Shown: one piece after another, positions 27,293 to 36,260 of the stretch | Layout of the letters: each line of letters begins with the position of its first letter | Numbering within the stretch: the first letter of the stretch is position 1 | Source of the DNA: a virus | Taxonomy: Duplodnaviria; Caudoviricetes | Virus record (IMG/VR): IMGVR_UViG_3300032050_000182 | Span: 1-53,456 of that record | Length of the DNA stretch: 53,456 nt | Direction: 5' to 3' (one strand) | Program-made: the position numbers and the translations under genes | Notes under the pieces: model-generated | Databases searched by the model: none | Told to the model about the DNA's origin: nothing | The model's input: only the letters and a program-made list of their open reading frames with translations

Positions 27293-28219
27293 TCACACAC
27301 CAAACTTGCTCAAGATATCGTCCACACTTTCCTTGACCACAACACGCTTGGTGTCGCTGTCTCTCAACTGATCAATCGTCACACCTTCTAATGCCCGCAG
27401 CAGAGAGACACGTGCTTCTTCTAATGCAGAATCTTGTGACACGTTGAACTCTGCGAATGTGTTGCACAACTCAATAGCCCGTTGCAGGGTGGTGTCGTAC
27501 AGTTTCCGTCGCTTGATCTTGATCTCCCCGTTCTCGACGACGGTCTCGGTCTCGCAACAATGCGAGAGAGACTTCATCACCTCGACTAGTTGCTCCTTCT
27601 GCCTGTTGATGATGCCGTCCACCAAGTCACGAGCCTGTCGCTCGTAGTGAACCTGTAAATCAGACGCCAACTCGTTGGCAATCTTGCAACGGAAATCCCC
27701 AAGCGGAACCTCGCTTGTGTACAGACGGATGGAGAACTTGCTGAATACTTCATTAACTGACGGGTAGTCCTCCCGCCTGAACATATCTCCCTGTGCCACG
27801 AACGCCATGTTCGACACGATTGTGGGGTATGCCTTGATGAAGTCAGCCACGAGTCCGTTGAACGTAGTCTCGTGCTGTCCAAACTCCTTCATAAACCGAG
27901 GGAGTTCCACGGAAGGTAGTATGCGTTGAGATCCCGCCCAGTCGTACGTGCGTCGCTGCATCCAGTTATAAACTGTCTGGCGATAGTTCAGCACCCGCTT
28001 GTGTTCCAAGTTCTTGGCGAGCAAGTGCTTCACAAACTTACCCGCATCGCTGTCGGCTTTCTTGGCTTGCGTCACCTCCTCGCTGATTTGTTTATCCTGC
28101 ATCGTTGCCGTCCACACTCGGGTGTCTACGTCCACCAACACGCACGACGATGCGAGCGAGACGATGTGTTCCGGCTTCTTCAAGAATGTTTCGTTCGTTC
28201 CGTTTGCTACGTCCATCAC
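27293..28219 (-). CDS. DUF3150-like helical protein
   Basis: 308 aa, helical; context upstream of AAA and vWA genes; family call is by resemblance and synteny. Confidence 0.55.
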   Translation of the reverse strand: MMDVANGTNETFLKKPEHIVSLASSCVLVDVDTRVWTATMQDKQISEEVTQAKKADSDAGKFVKHLLAKNLEHKRVLNYRQTVYNWMQRRTYDWAGSQRILPSVELPRFMKEFGQHETTFNGLVADFIKAYPTIVSNMAFVAQGDMFRREDYPSVNEVFSKFSIRLYTSEVPLGDFRCKIANELASDLQVHYERQARDLVDGIINRQKEQLVEVMKSLSHCCETETVVENGEIKIKRRKLYDTTLQRAIELCNTFAEFNVSQDSALEEARVSLLRALEGVTIDQLRDSDTKRVVVKESVDDILSKFGV

Positions 28220-28292
28220 TTATCTCCTAGTTCATGTCCAAGTGAATCGTTAGTTAGTCCAGTTGCTTACTCATCCCTACGTCTATGTTCAT

Positions 28293-28338
28293 AGTATAGG
28301 ATAAGTTTACATATAAAGCAAGAGTTTGGGTAAAAAAG
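28293..28338 (-). promoter_or_regulatory. Sigma70-like early promoter with T-tract upstream element
   Basis: TTGCTT-17 nt-TATACT; upstream CTTTTTTACCCAAACTC. Confidence 0.75.
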
Positions 28339-28353
28339 TCCCGAGAAAGTAAA

Positions 28354-28503
28354 TCAGAAGGCTCCCTCTGTTACTTCCCACGCACTTTGCCACCCCCCAT
28401 TACTCTGCACTTTTTCGAGCAACTCTTTCCGCTCCATGTATTCAAGTTCTAACTCACGCTGATATGCAGCCGCTTCGATGGCGGCCATCTCTTCATCTTC
28501 CAT
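28354..28503 (-). CDS. Small acidic hypothetical protein (49 aa)
   Basis: Below cutoff; MEDEEMAAIEAAAYQRELELEY..., overlaps upstream stop. Confidence 0.45.
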   Translation of the reverse strand: MEDEEMAAIEAAAYQRELELEYMERKELLEKVQSNGGWQSAWEVTEGAF

Positions 28504-28699
28504 CGATCTTTCTCTCAAGAATTACTCGCAGCATTGCCTTCTTGATATGCAGCGGTACGGGTGTTCTGAACCCGTCCAGAAAAGTCTCACGTGGCAAAAA
28601 TACATACTGATCTGGACTGTCTTTGCCCACCGAATACCGCAACGCCGACTCTGGCAGCGTGAACGGCATCGGATCTTTTGCGCTGTTGATCTTCTTCAT
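28493..28699 (-). CDS. Hypothetical protein
   Basis: 68 aa, GGAGGTGTGAGATG junction. Confidence 0.65.
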   Translation of the reverse strand: MKKINSAKDPMPFTLPESALRYSVGKDSPDQYVFLPRETFLDGFRTPVPLHIKKAMLRVILERKIDGR

Positions 28700-28700
28700 C

Positions 28701-28856
28701 TCACACCTCCTCGGCTGTCTTGATTTGAAACTCTGCGTCGATACCTTTCTTAAAGAAGTGAGTCAGAGTCTCCCACTCCGCATCAGACAGTTCCTCACGG
28801 TTCCTCAACAGCGTGAGAATCCAACTCATTTCGTCTCGTGCTTCTTGCTCGGTCAT
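28701..28856 (-). CDS. Hypothetical protein (51 aa, MTEQEARDEMSWIL...AEEV)
   Basis: ATGA overlap with upstream stop; the longer listed ORF overlaps the zinc-finger gene. Confidence 0.6.
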   Translation of the reverse strand: MTEQEARDEMSWILTLLRNREELSDAEWETLTHFFKKGIDAEFQIKTAEEV

Positions 28857-29062
28857 CGGTAAAACCCTCCCTTGTTGTTGATCCCCTTCAAGTCGTCCAA
28901 GTCCTCTATCTTTATGTAGTTGCTCTTGTGGAGCGGGACGACGGTGTGCTTCCTCTTCCTTGCCTGTGCCTCGCCACATGGCATACAGGTGAGATAGCCA
29001 AGCACCACACGCTCGTCCTCGACGAACTCGGCATAGCATCGTGTACACAACTTCTTATCCAT
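28853..29062 (-). CDS. DksA/TraR-type C4 zinc-finger protein
   Basis: CTRC-x8-R-x7-CMPC; RBS GGAG. Confidence 0.6.
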   Translation of the reverse strand: MDKKLCTRCYAEFVEDERVVLGYLTCMPCGEAQARKRKHTVVPLHKSNYIKIEDLDDLKGINNKGGFYR

Positions 29063-29092
29063 CTATTTAATCTCCGTATAGGCTTGGCCAAC

Positions 29093-29494
29093 TCAGCCGC
29101 GCATATTTGCTTGATGGTTTACTTCGTGCCTCACCAAGGCATTCCCGAATCCCATGTCGAGAACGTCACGCAAGAAGTCCCGGCTTACCTCTGTACAAGT
29201 CTCGTGTGGGTGCGCCTGTCCCTTGTGCTTGGATGTGGTGATGGAGTACCTGTCCACGTTGGCAAACCAACGGTTCACGCTCGGGATGAAGGCATACATA
29301 GGGAAGTGCTTGCCGTACGAGTAGACGGCGTAGATGTTTTCTCCCGCTGTGCCGGAATACCCGACACCTGCCTTTACCCATTCAGCAAAGATGTTATTAG
29401 CGATGAAGGGTTGCTTGGCCTGTACGTGTGGGCGCACTTTGGGGTTGGTCGTCTTGATCGGCTTGGTCATGGCTTTCTCCGTTTCGTGATTCAT
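29093..29494 (-). CDS. Hypothetical early protein
   Basis: 133 aa (alternative ATG 8 codons in, after GGAG); YAVYSYGKHFP...YSITTSKH. Confidence 0.7.
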   Translation of the reverse strand: MNHETEKAMTKPIKTTNPKVRPHVQAKQPFIANNIFAEWVKAGVGYSGTAGENIYAVYSYGKHFPMYAFIPSVNRWFANVDRYSITTSKHKGQAHPHETCTEVSRDFLRDVLDMGFGNALVRHEVNHQANMRG

Positions 29495-29552
29495 GTCGAA
29501 GTGAAGTCCTATTTAATGTGTTGTGTTAGTTGTTCATCGGTCATGAGCCCAT

Positions 29553-29598
29553 ATTATAAGGCTTCTTTACGTTTATGTCAAGACTTTGGATAAAAAAG
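29553..29598 (-). promoter_or_regulatory. Perfect-consensus sigma70 promoter with T-tract upstream element
   Basis: TTGACA-17 nt-TATAAT; upstream CTTTTTTATCCAAAGTC. Confidence 0.9.
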
Positions 29599-29635
29599 AT
29601 ATCTAGCCACGTGTGGCCGCACGACGGACAAAATC

Positions 29636-29987
29636 TGTTCCATCTGTTCCAAGTTGTTCCAGATTTTGAACTTATACAATGCTACAAAAGGAGGGGGGTG
29701 GAGGGTAAGTAAGTTCTTGTTTTTATTAATATTTATTAGTAGTAGTAGTAGATGTTCAATCTGTTCCATGAAAAATGAGGTATACAAATGATTTGATGAT
29801 TTTTTGTGTGGGGGTTGACGCATCGCGGTGCAGACTTCCCCGACTTGGTTTTTACCCCCCTCCCCCTGCCCTACCTCGAAAAACGTGGAACATTGGAACA
29901 GATTTACACTATTCCTTTGCAAAACAATGACTTACCGATTTTGAACTTGGAACAAAACTTGGAACAAGTGTGGAACAACGTGGAACA
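29636..29987. repeat. Inverted clusters of TGTTCCA/TGGAACA heptamers; candidate replication origin
   Basis: TGTTCCA at 29636, 29645, 29655, 29762; TGGAACA at 29886, 29894, 29948, 29960, 29971, 29981; AT-rich tract at about 29718-29750. Confidence 0.7.
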
Positions 29988-30177
29988 GACCATCATTTTA
30001 TGACGTTATAAAACGATGCGGGACTTTGTGGGTTCAATTCACTTGGAGGTGAAGTCTTATTTAGTGGAACCCCTCTCGCTTAATGGCTTAACTAGCCATG
30101 CCTCTCCCCGCGCAGCCACGCACACGCGACACGCGCGCACAAACAAGGAACTGGTTTCTTATGCGAAACGCAGGCAC

Positions 30178-30210
30178 AAAAAAACCCCGGCAACCTTGCG
30201 GCTACCGGGG
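30178..30210 (-). terminator. Intrinsic terminator
   Basis: CCCCGGTAGCC-GCAA-GGTTGCCGGGG then T7. Confidence 0.85.
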
Positions 30211-30218
30211 CGCGTCGT

Positions 30219-30407
30219 TTAAGCAAAGTTGAATTCAAGTTGCTTTGCTTCGTGGTCGAGTCTGTAGAGCACTTTGAATTTGACGTCGTTGCGGGTCAGT
30301 ACATCCATCCAAAAGAGCAGTTGCTGGAATGACAACTCTTTGACAACTTCACCATCGATGGTGGATTCAGACTGAACTATGTAGACAACATTCTTTCCGA
30401 TTGGCAT
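30219..30407 (-). CDS. Small early protein
   Basis: 62 aa, RBS GAGG; ends KQLEFNFA. Confidence 0.65.
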   Translation of the reverse strand: MPIGKNVVYIVQSESTIDGEVVKELSFQQLLFWMDVLTRNDVKFKVLYRLDHEAKQLEFNFA

Positions 30408-30427
30408 AAGAACCTCTTAAATGAAGA

Positions 30428-30455
30428 GACCCGGTAACCTTGCGGCTACCGGGTC
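30428..30455 (-). terminator. Second copy of the GCAA-loop hairpin, weak U tract
   Basis: GACCCGGTAGCC-GCAA-GGTTACCGGGTC followed by TCTT. Confidence 0.55.
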
Positions 30456-30462
30456 GAGTGGG

Positions 30463-31080
30463 TTACATCTTGTCGATTGCCTCGTTGATCATCCGTTTCA
30501 ACTCGGCCTTGTTGGGTGCGGCAGTTGGGTCGCCCTTGCCTTGTGCGACCTTGTTGCGTTTAACCAACGTCTCGGCCGCTGCGTTTACCGTCTCTAGCAT
30601 TGTCTTATTCTCGCCGCGCGTCCGGCCTTTGATACCGGCCTTCAAGTCGTTCACGGCCTTCATCAGACTCTTCATGCGATTCGAGCGGTACTTACTCTCG
30701 TCGAGACGCGCCGCCCTGACTAACTCATAACGCGCATTGTCTTTGGTTTTCAGTTGGCCAAAGTCATAGGCCGACAATCCGCAAGCGTAATCGATAGTGA
30801 GGGCGAACAGGCCGTCAGCATCCTGTACCTGTTTCGGATTCTTAATCGGTGTGTACTCGCTGCCCTTGTGAGTGTAATAGCGCGTACCGTATAACTCCGC
30901 CTTGCGGCCTGTCATACCCCTCTCTAACTTGGCCTTACTCTCATCGGAGAATTCACCCGATGGATTGCGTCGGAGTAATTCCGCTGCGAGCACATCCAGA
31001 GTGTCGCCCTGCGATGCGGCAGAGTAACCGATTGAATCAAGATCGGCTGATTCAAGATTTTTGAAGTCTACTGCTTTCAT
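30463..31080 (-). CDS. Hypothetical protein, first gene of early arm
   Basis: 205 aa, RBS AGGA, promoter directly upstream. Confidence 0.75.
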   Translation of the reverse strand: MKAVDFKNLESADLDSIGYSAASQGDTLDVLAAELLRRNPSGEFSDESKAKLERGMTGRKAELYGTRYYTHKGSEYTPIKNPKQVQDADGLFALTIDYACGLSAYDFGQLKTKDNARYELVRAARLDESKYRSNRMKSLMKAVNDLKAGIKGRTRGENKTMLETVNAAAETLVKRNKVAQGKGDPTAAPNKAELKRMINEAIDKM

Positions 31081-31131
31081 CTGTGTAGTCCTATGTTGAA
31101 TGCGCCGCGCGGTATTGCGTGGCGTGGAATT

Positions 31132-31160
31132 GTTATATATCAGGTGAATCTATAAGTAAA
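31132..31160 (-). promoter_or_regulatory. Sigma70-like promoter
   Basis: TTTACT-17 nt-TATAAC. Confidence 0.6.
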
Positions 31161-31387
31161 GTTTCATCTATAAATGAAACGCTACATAGCCTGACCCCAC
31201 CCGCCCGCCGCCCCCCGCTGTGCAGTTGGGACTCCGCCGCGCCCCCCATACCCCTGAATACACACAAACAATGCCCACTTTTTCCACACTTGGCTGACCC
31301 CACCCCCCTTCATATAGAAAACCCCCCCGTCATCAATTTGGTACCATGCCATTCTCTTTTATATATTTTGTTGTACTATCCACGCAC

Positions 31388-31957
31388 ATGGATGCACAGC
31401 CGCTAGTCCCGGACATCGAAGACAACATCCCGCTTCCCGCTCATGCTCGGGAAGCCCTACCTGAGTTGTCTGCGCCCGAAGAGATCGAGATGCGGGCAAG
31501 GACAATTAAGTTGATCTCGGATCTCACGCTGACTCCGCTTGAGCCAACGGAAGCAGATGCCGATGCTGCCAAGGAATTGGCACGCGAGATGGTCGAGAAC
31601 CCGCAGGCGAAGCCCGACTTCAGTATCTATCCGAACGAAGTGATTGCTTTGTATGCCGGTATCGCTGCCCGATACAACCACATGATCGTCAAAGAGCTAT
31701 CTGACCTGAAGCTCTACGTGGTTAATAAGTTGTTTGAATCAGTGGAACAGGCCGATGACCTCAAAACTCGGGTCACAGCCCTCAAAGCATTAGGCGAAGT
31801 CGAGGGAATTGATGCGTTTAAGAAGCGCAGCGAGGTCACGCACATCATTAAGCCCATCGAAGAGGTGGAGCGAGAGCTAATGAGCGTGCTGGAGGGGATT
31901 GAGTACAAGGTTTTGGACAGCGGGGACGAGAAGAAAGCCCTGCCAAACCTAGAATAA
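31388..31957 (+). CDS. Putative terminase small subunit
   Basis: Immediately upstream of TerL; helical, RVTALKALGEV..IDAF pattern; ATG at 31388 preferred, start uncertain. Confidence 0.55.
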   Translation: MDAQPLVPDIEDNIPLPAHAREALPELSAPEEIEMRARTIKLISDLTLTPLEPTEADADAAKELAREMVENPQAKPDFSIYPNEVIALYAGIAARYNHMIVKELSDLKLYVVNKLFESVEQADDLKTRVTALKALGEVEGIDAFKKRSEVTHIIKPIEEVERELMSVLEGIEYKVLDSGDEKKALPNLE

Positions 31958-31969
31958 ACATAAAAAACC

Positions 31970-33478
31970 GTGCAACTGACCCAAGAAAACCTCGCCAAAC
32001 TGCGTCAAGCCTTGCCGACTCTGCCGGATAAGGAGAAACGGCGCGTTGCCGACCTCCTGAAGCAGTATCAGAACCAAATTACGCAGAAACTAGGCAAGGA
32101 TTCGTTCCTAGATTTCATTCATCACGTGTATCCGGGGTACAAAGTAGGCCCACATCACCGGAAATTGGCAAAAATCTTCGAAGACATAGCCGAAGGCAAG
32201 AAGAAGAGAGTGATCGTTAACATTGCCCCGCGACATGGTAAGTCTGAGATGATTTCTTACCTTGCTCCGGCGTGGTTTCTAGGCAAATTTCCGCAGAAGA
32301 AGGTCATCATGGCCTCACACACCGCAGATCTTGCGGTAAATTTTGGTCGTCGGGTGCGTAACTTAGTGGGAGCAGAGAATTACCGTGACATCTTCCCCAA
32401 CGTCTCTCTCCAAGCTGACTCTAAAAGTGCTTCTCGCTGGGGTACGAACTTTAATGGTGAGTATTTTGCTATTGGTGTTGGCGGTGCCTTGGCTGGTCGG
32501 GGTGCTGATCTATTCATTATTGATGATCCTCATTCTGAACAAGAGGCCAAGCAAGGAAGGGCTGATGTATTTGAGCCTGCTTGGGAATGGTTCCAATCGG
32601 GCCCCGTCCAACGACTGATGCCGGGCGGCGCGATCATCGTGGTGATGACGCGATGGTCGAAGATGGATCTGACGGGGAAGATCGTCGATCACATGACCCG
32701 CGAAGAGGGTGCAGATCAGTGGGAAGTAGTCGAGTTTCCCGCCATCCTCAACGAGAAACCGCTTTGGCCTGAGTTCTGGGATATCGACGAGTTGCTGGCT
32801 AAAAAGGCCAGTATGGATGTGCGGTATTGGCAAGCCCAGTACATGCAGCAGCCGACCTCGGAAGAAGGTGCACTCCTCAAGCGGGAGTGGTGGCAGGTAT
32901 GGGAGGGAGATAATCCGCCCCCGTGCGAGCACATCATCATGAGCCTCGACGCAGCCCAAGAGAAATCAAACCGGTCGGACTTCAACGCCCTCACAACGTG
33001 GGGTGTTTTCTTTAATGAAGAGACAAAAAACTACAACATAATCCTGCTCAACTCCATCAAGCAGCGACTTGAATTCCCTGAGTTAAAGGCGATGGTGCTG
33101 GAGGAGTACAAGGAGTGGAACCCGGACACGTTCATCGTGGAGAAGAAGTCCAACGGTGCGGCGCTGTATCAGGAGTTCCGCCGGATGGGTGTGCCCATCA
33201 GTGAGTTCACGCCGGGTAAGGGTCAGGACAAGATCAGCCGGGTCAATGCGGTGTCAGACTTGTTTTCTTCAGGTATAGTCTGGTGTACTGACCATAGGTG
33301 GGCCAGAGAAGTAGTCGAGGAGTGTAACGACTTCCCGAGCGGTACACACGACGACTTGGTGGACTCTACTACTCTCGCCCTCCTGCGCTTCAGGCAGGGT
33401 GGGTTTATTCGACTTCCGTCAGACGAGCCGGAACCAACAAAGTGGTTCAAGAGCCATCGGCGCGAAGGCTACTACTAG
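31970..33478 (+). CDS. terL: Terminase large subunit
   Basis: Walker A APRHGKS, Walker B FIIDDP, coupling motif MTRW, nuclease SLDAA...HDDLVD. Confidence 0.95.
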   Translation: MQLTQENLAKLRQALPTLPDKEKRRVADLLKQYQNQITQKLGKDSFLDFIHHVYPGYKVGPHHRKLAKIFEDIAEGKKKRVIVNIAPRHGKSEMISYLAPAWFLGKFPQKKVIMASHTADLAVNFGRRVRNLVGAENYRDIFPNVSLQADSKSASRWGTNFNGEYFAIGVGGALAGRGADLFIIDDPHSEQEAKQGRADVFEPAWEWFQSGPVQRLMPGGAIIVVMTRWSKMDLTGKIVDHMTREEGADQWEVVEFPAILNEKPLWPEFWDIDELLAKKASMDVRYWQAQYMQQPTSEEGALLKREWWQVWEGDNPPPCEHIIMSLDAAQEKSNRSDFNALTTWGVFFNEETKNYNIILLNSIKQRLEFPELKAMVLEEYKEWNPDTFIVEKKSNGAALYQEFRRMGVPISEFTPGKGQDKISRVNAVSDLFSSGIVWCTDHRWAREVVEECNDFPSGTHDDLVDSTTLALLRFRQGGFIRLPSDEPEPTKWFKSHRREGYY

Positions 33479-33488
33479 GAGAGTTTAG

Positions 33489-36062
33489 ATGGCCGTCGAT
33501 AAAAGTTTGATGGAAGCTCCGCAAGGCATTGCTGGCATGGCGATGGACATGGAGCCGATTGAGATTGAGATCGTTGACCCTGAAGAGGTCAGGATTGGCG
33601 TAGATGGGATGGTCATTGAGATGGCCAAGGCAGAACCCCGCGCTGAAGACTTCGATGCCAACCTTGCAGACTTTATTGACGAGCAGGAACTTCAGATTCT
33701 TGCCTCCGAGTTGATTGGAGATTACGAGCAAGACCTCTCCTCCCGCAAAGACTGGCTCGATACCTACGTCAAAGGTTTGAAGATTCTGGGTATCCGATAC
33801 GAGGATCGGACAGAGCCGTGGCCGGGTGCGTGTGGTGTGTTCCACCCGCTTCTTATGGAGAGTGCGGTCAAGTTCCAGTCCGAGACGATCATGGAGACCT
33901 TCCCTGCGATGGGGCCGGTCAAGACCAAGATCATCGGCAAGGAGACGGCAGAGAAGAAAGACTCGGCCATTCGTGTCGCGGATGACATGAACTATAAGTT
34001 GACCGAGGAGATGAAGGAGTATCGGCCAGAACACGAACGCCTCCTCCTGTCCCTAGCCCTCGCGGGTAACTCCTTTAAGAAGGTGTACTACGACCCGTCG
34101 CTTGGTCGTCAGACTGCGGTCTATATCCCGGCTGAAGATATCGTGGTGCCATACGGCGCTGCCAACATTGAGTCAGCCGAGCGTGTTACGCACCGGATGC
34201 GTAAGACTAAGAATGAGGTGAAGAAGCTTCAGTACGCAGGCTTCTATAAGGATGTGGATCTGGGTGATCCGATCCGTGTCATGGACGAGGTTGAGAAGCA
34301 GAAGGCTGAAGATCAAGGCTTCAGCGCGAGCATGGACGAGCGGTTCCAGTTGCTTGAGATGCACGTGAGTTTGGATCTCAAGGACTACCCGGACGTTGAT
34401 GACGACAATAGTGAGACTGGGATTGCGTTGCCGTACGTGGTGACGATTGAGAAGGGTACGGGGACGATCTTAGCAATCCGAAGGAATTGGAGGGAAGATG
34501 ACAAGCTCAAGCAAAAGCGACAGCATTTCGTCCACTACGGATATATACCCGGATTTGGATTTTACTACTTCGGCCTTATTCACCTCATCGGGGGACATAG
34601 TAAGGCTGCAACGTCCCTCCTTCGACAACTTATCGATGCAGGAACTCTCTCAAATCTCCCCGGAGGACTTAAGTCTAGAGGACTACGAATTAAGGGAGAC
34701 GATACTCCGATTGCACCGGGAGAGTGGCGAGATGTAGACGTACCCTCGGGTGCGATCAAAGACAATATCCTCCCGCTTCCGTACAAAGAACCTTCGCAGA
34801 CTTTGGCTACCCTTATGGATCGGGTGGTCGAGGAAGGACGCCGCTTCGCTGCGGTGTCGGATCTGAAGGTATCGGATATGTCTTCGCAGGCTCCGGTGGG
34901 CACTACGCTCGCTATCTTGGAGCGCGTGTTGAAGGTGATGTCGGCTGTTCAGGCTCGCATTCACTACACGATGAAGCAGGAGTTCAAGCTCCTCGCTGCG
35001 ATTATTCGTGACTACACCCCGGATGAGTATTCGTACGAACCAGAAGTCGGCGGTCGCAAGGCCAAGAAGTCTGACTACGATAACGTCGATATCCTCCCGG
35101 TCAGTGATCCGAATGCGGCAACGATGTCGCAGAAGGTGGTGCAGTATCAAGCAGTGCTTCAACTGTCGCAGTCTGCTCCACAAATTTACGATCTACCCTA
35201 TTTGCATCGTCAGATGATTGAGACGCTTGGCATACGAAACGCCAACAAGATCGTCCCGTCGCCTGATGATCAGAAGCCCGTAGACCCCGTGACGGAAAAT
35301 ATGAACATCATGAACGGCAAACCCGTGAAGGCGTTCTATTACCAAGACCACGAGGCGCATCTACAGGTTCACATGATGGCTATGCAGGATCCAAAGATCA
35401 TGCAGATTGTGGGTCAAAACCCGCAGGCTCAGGCAATCATGGCCGCTGGCGCTGCTCACATCATGGAGCACGTTGCCTTTCAATACCGCAAGGAAATCGA
35501 GAAACAGTTGGGAGCAAATCTCCCGCCGATGCCCGATGCGGAGAAGGACGAGAACTTCCTGCCAGAAGCAGCCGAGGTTCAGATCTCTCAACTTGCCGCA
35601 GCAGCCGCTGCCAAACTGCTACAGAAGGATCAGGCCGAGGCTCAAGCACAGCAGGCCCAGCAACAGGCTCAAGATCCTGTCGTCCAGATGCAGCAGATGG
35701 AGCTTCAACTCCGACAGCAGGAGTTGCAGATCGAGTCTCAAAAATTGCAGCTTAACGCTCAAATCCAGCAGCAGAAGTTGCAACTTGATGCTCAGGTCAA
35801 GATGGCTGATCAGCAGCGCAAGGAGAAGGAGTTGCAGATTGATGCGGCTCTTAAGGCTGACGAGATCGAACTCCGTCAGGCCGAGATCTCAAATCGTCAA
35901 CAAATTGAAGCAGCCAGAATGGGCGCTGATATCCAGAAGCACAAGGCATCCCTCGCCGCCAAACAGCAGGCAGATGGAGTCCGCATGGGTATCGACATCG
36001 CCAAGGCCAAAGAATCCGCTGATCTTCAGCGCAACCGCCCCCAAAAGGGCAAGAAGGAGTAA
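33489..36062 (+). CDS. Portal protein with long C-terminal coiled coil
   Basis: 857 aa right after TerL; KKVYYD; Gln-rich helical C-terminus as in P22-like portal barrels. Confidence 0.85.
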   Translation: MAVDKSLMEAPQGIAGMAMDMEPIEIEIVDPEEVRIGVDGMVIEMAKAEPRAEDFDANLADFIDEQELQILASELIGDYEQDLSSRKDWLDTYVKGLKILGIRYEDRTEPWPGACGVFHPLLMESAVKFQSETIMETFPAMGPVKTKIIGKETAEKKDSAIRVADDMNYKLTEEMKEYRPEHERLLLSLALAGNSFKKVYYDPSLGRQTAVYIPAEDIVVPYGAANIESAERVTHRMRKTKNEVKKLQYAGFYKDVDLGDPIRVMDEVEKQKAEDQGFSASMDERFQLLEMHVSLDLKDYPDVDDDNSETGIALPYVVTIEKGTGTILAIRRNWREDDKLKQKRQHFVHYGYIPGFGFYYFGLIHLIGGHSKAATSLLRQLIDAGTLSNLPGGLKSRGLRIKGDDTPIAPGEWRDVDVPSGAIKDNILPLPYKEPSQTLATLMDRVVEEGRRFAAVSDLKVSDMSSQAPVGTTLAILERVLKVMSAVQARIHYTMKQEFKLLAAIIRDYTPDEYSYEPEVGGRKAKKSDYDNVDILPVSDPNAATMSQKVVQYQAVLQLSQSAPQIYDLPYLHRQMIETLGIRNANKIVPSPDDQKPVDPVTENMNIMNGKPVKAFYYQDHEAHLQVHMMAMQDPKIMQIVGQNPQAQAIMAAGAAHIMEHVAFQYRKEIEKQLGANLPPMPDAEKDENFLPEAAEVQISQLAAAAAAKLLQKDQAEAQAQQAQQQAQDPVVQMQQMELQLRQQELQIESQKLQLNAQIQQQKLQLDAQVKMADQQRKEKELQIDAALKADEIELRQAEISNRQQIEAARMGADIQKHKASLAAKQQADGVRMGIDIAKAKESADLQRNRPQKGKKE

Positions 36063-36260
36063 ATGAGTTATACGACACCTCTTGAGTACCTCAAATCAAA
36101 ACTTGAGGACGAGCGTTCCAACATCGTGTCTTTTCTGTCTCAGGGCACGCTGAAGGACATCGAGGAGTACCGAAGATTGTGCGGGATCATCCAAGGTCTT
36201 GATGCCGCCAAAGTTCATATTAATGACCTTGAAAAACGGATGGAGACAGGCGATGAGTAA
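36063..36260 (+). CDS. Small conserved head-module protein
   Basis: 65 aa, EYRRLCGIIQGL; between portal and GroES. Confidence 0.7.
   Translation: MSYTTPLEYLKSKLEDERSNIVSFLSQGTLKDIEEYRRLCGIIQGLDAAKVHINDLEKRMETGDE

Noticed and set aside
28838-29593. 251-aa plus-strand ORF and other long antisense ORFs (e.g. 1073-1783, 25291-25980, 38775-39527)
   Set aside because: Shadow frames opposite well-supported genes, with no recognisable motifs
29636-29987. Heptamer repeats as a CRISPR array
   Set aside because: Units are 7 nt, irregularly spaced, in both orientations, without spacer-length unique sequences
29578-30222. ORFs 29578-29922, 29806-30003 and 30016-30222
   Set aside because: They translate the repeat/low-complexity region, lack RBSs and cross promoter or terminator elements
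31102-31125. GC-rich inverted repeat in the leader of the first early gene
   Set aside because: On the transcribed minus strand the stem has several A-C mismatches and no U tract; too weak to call
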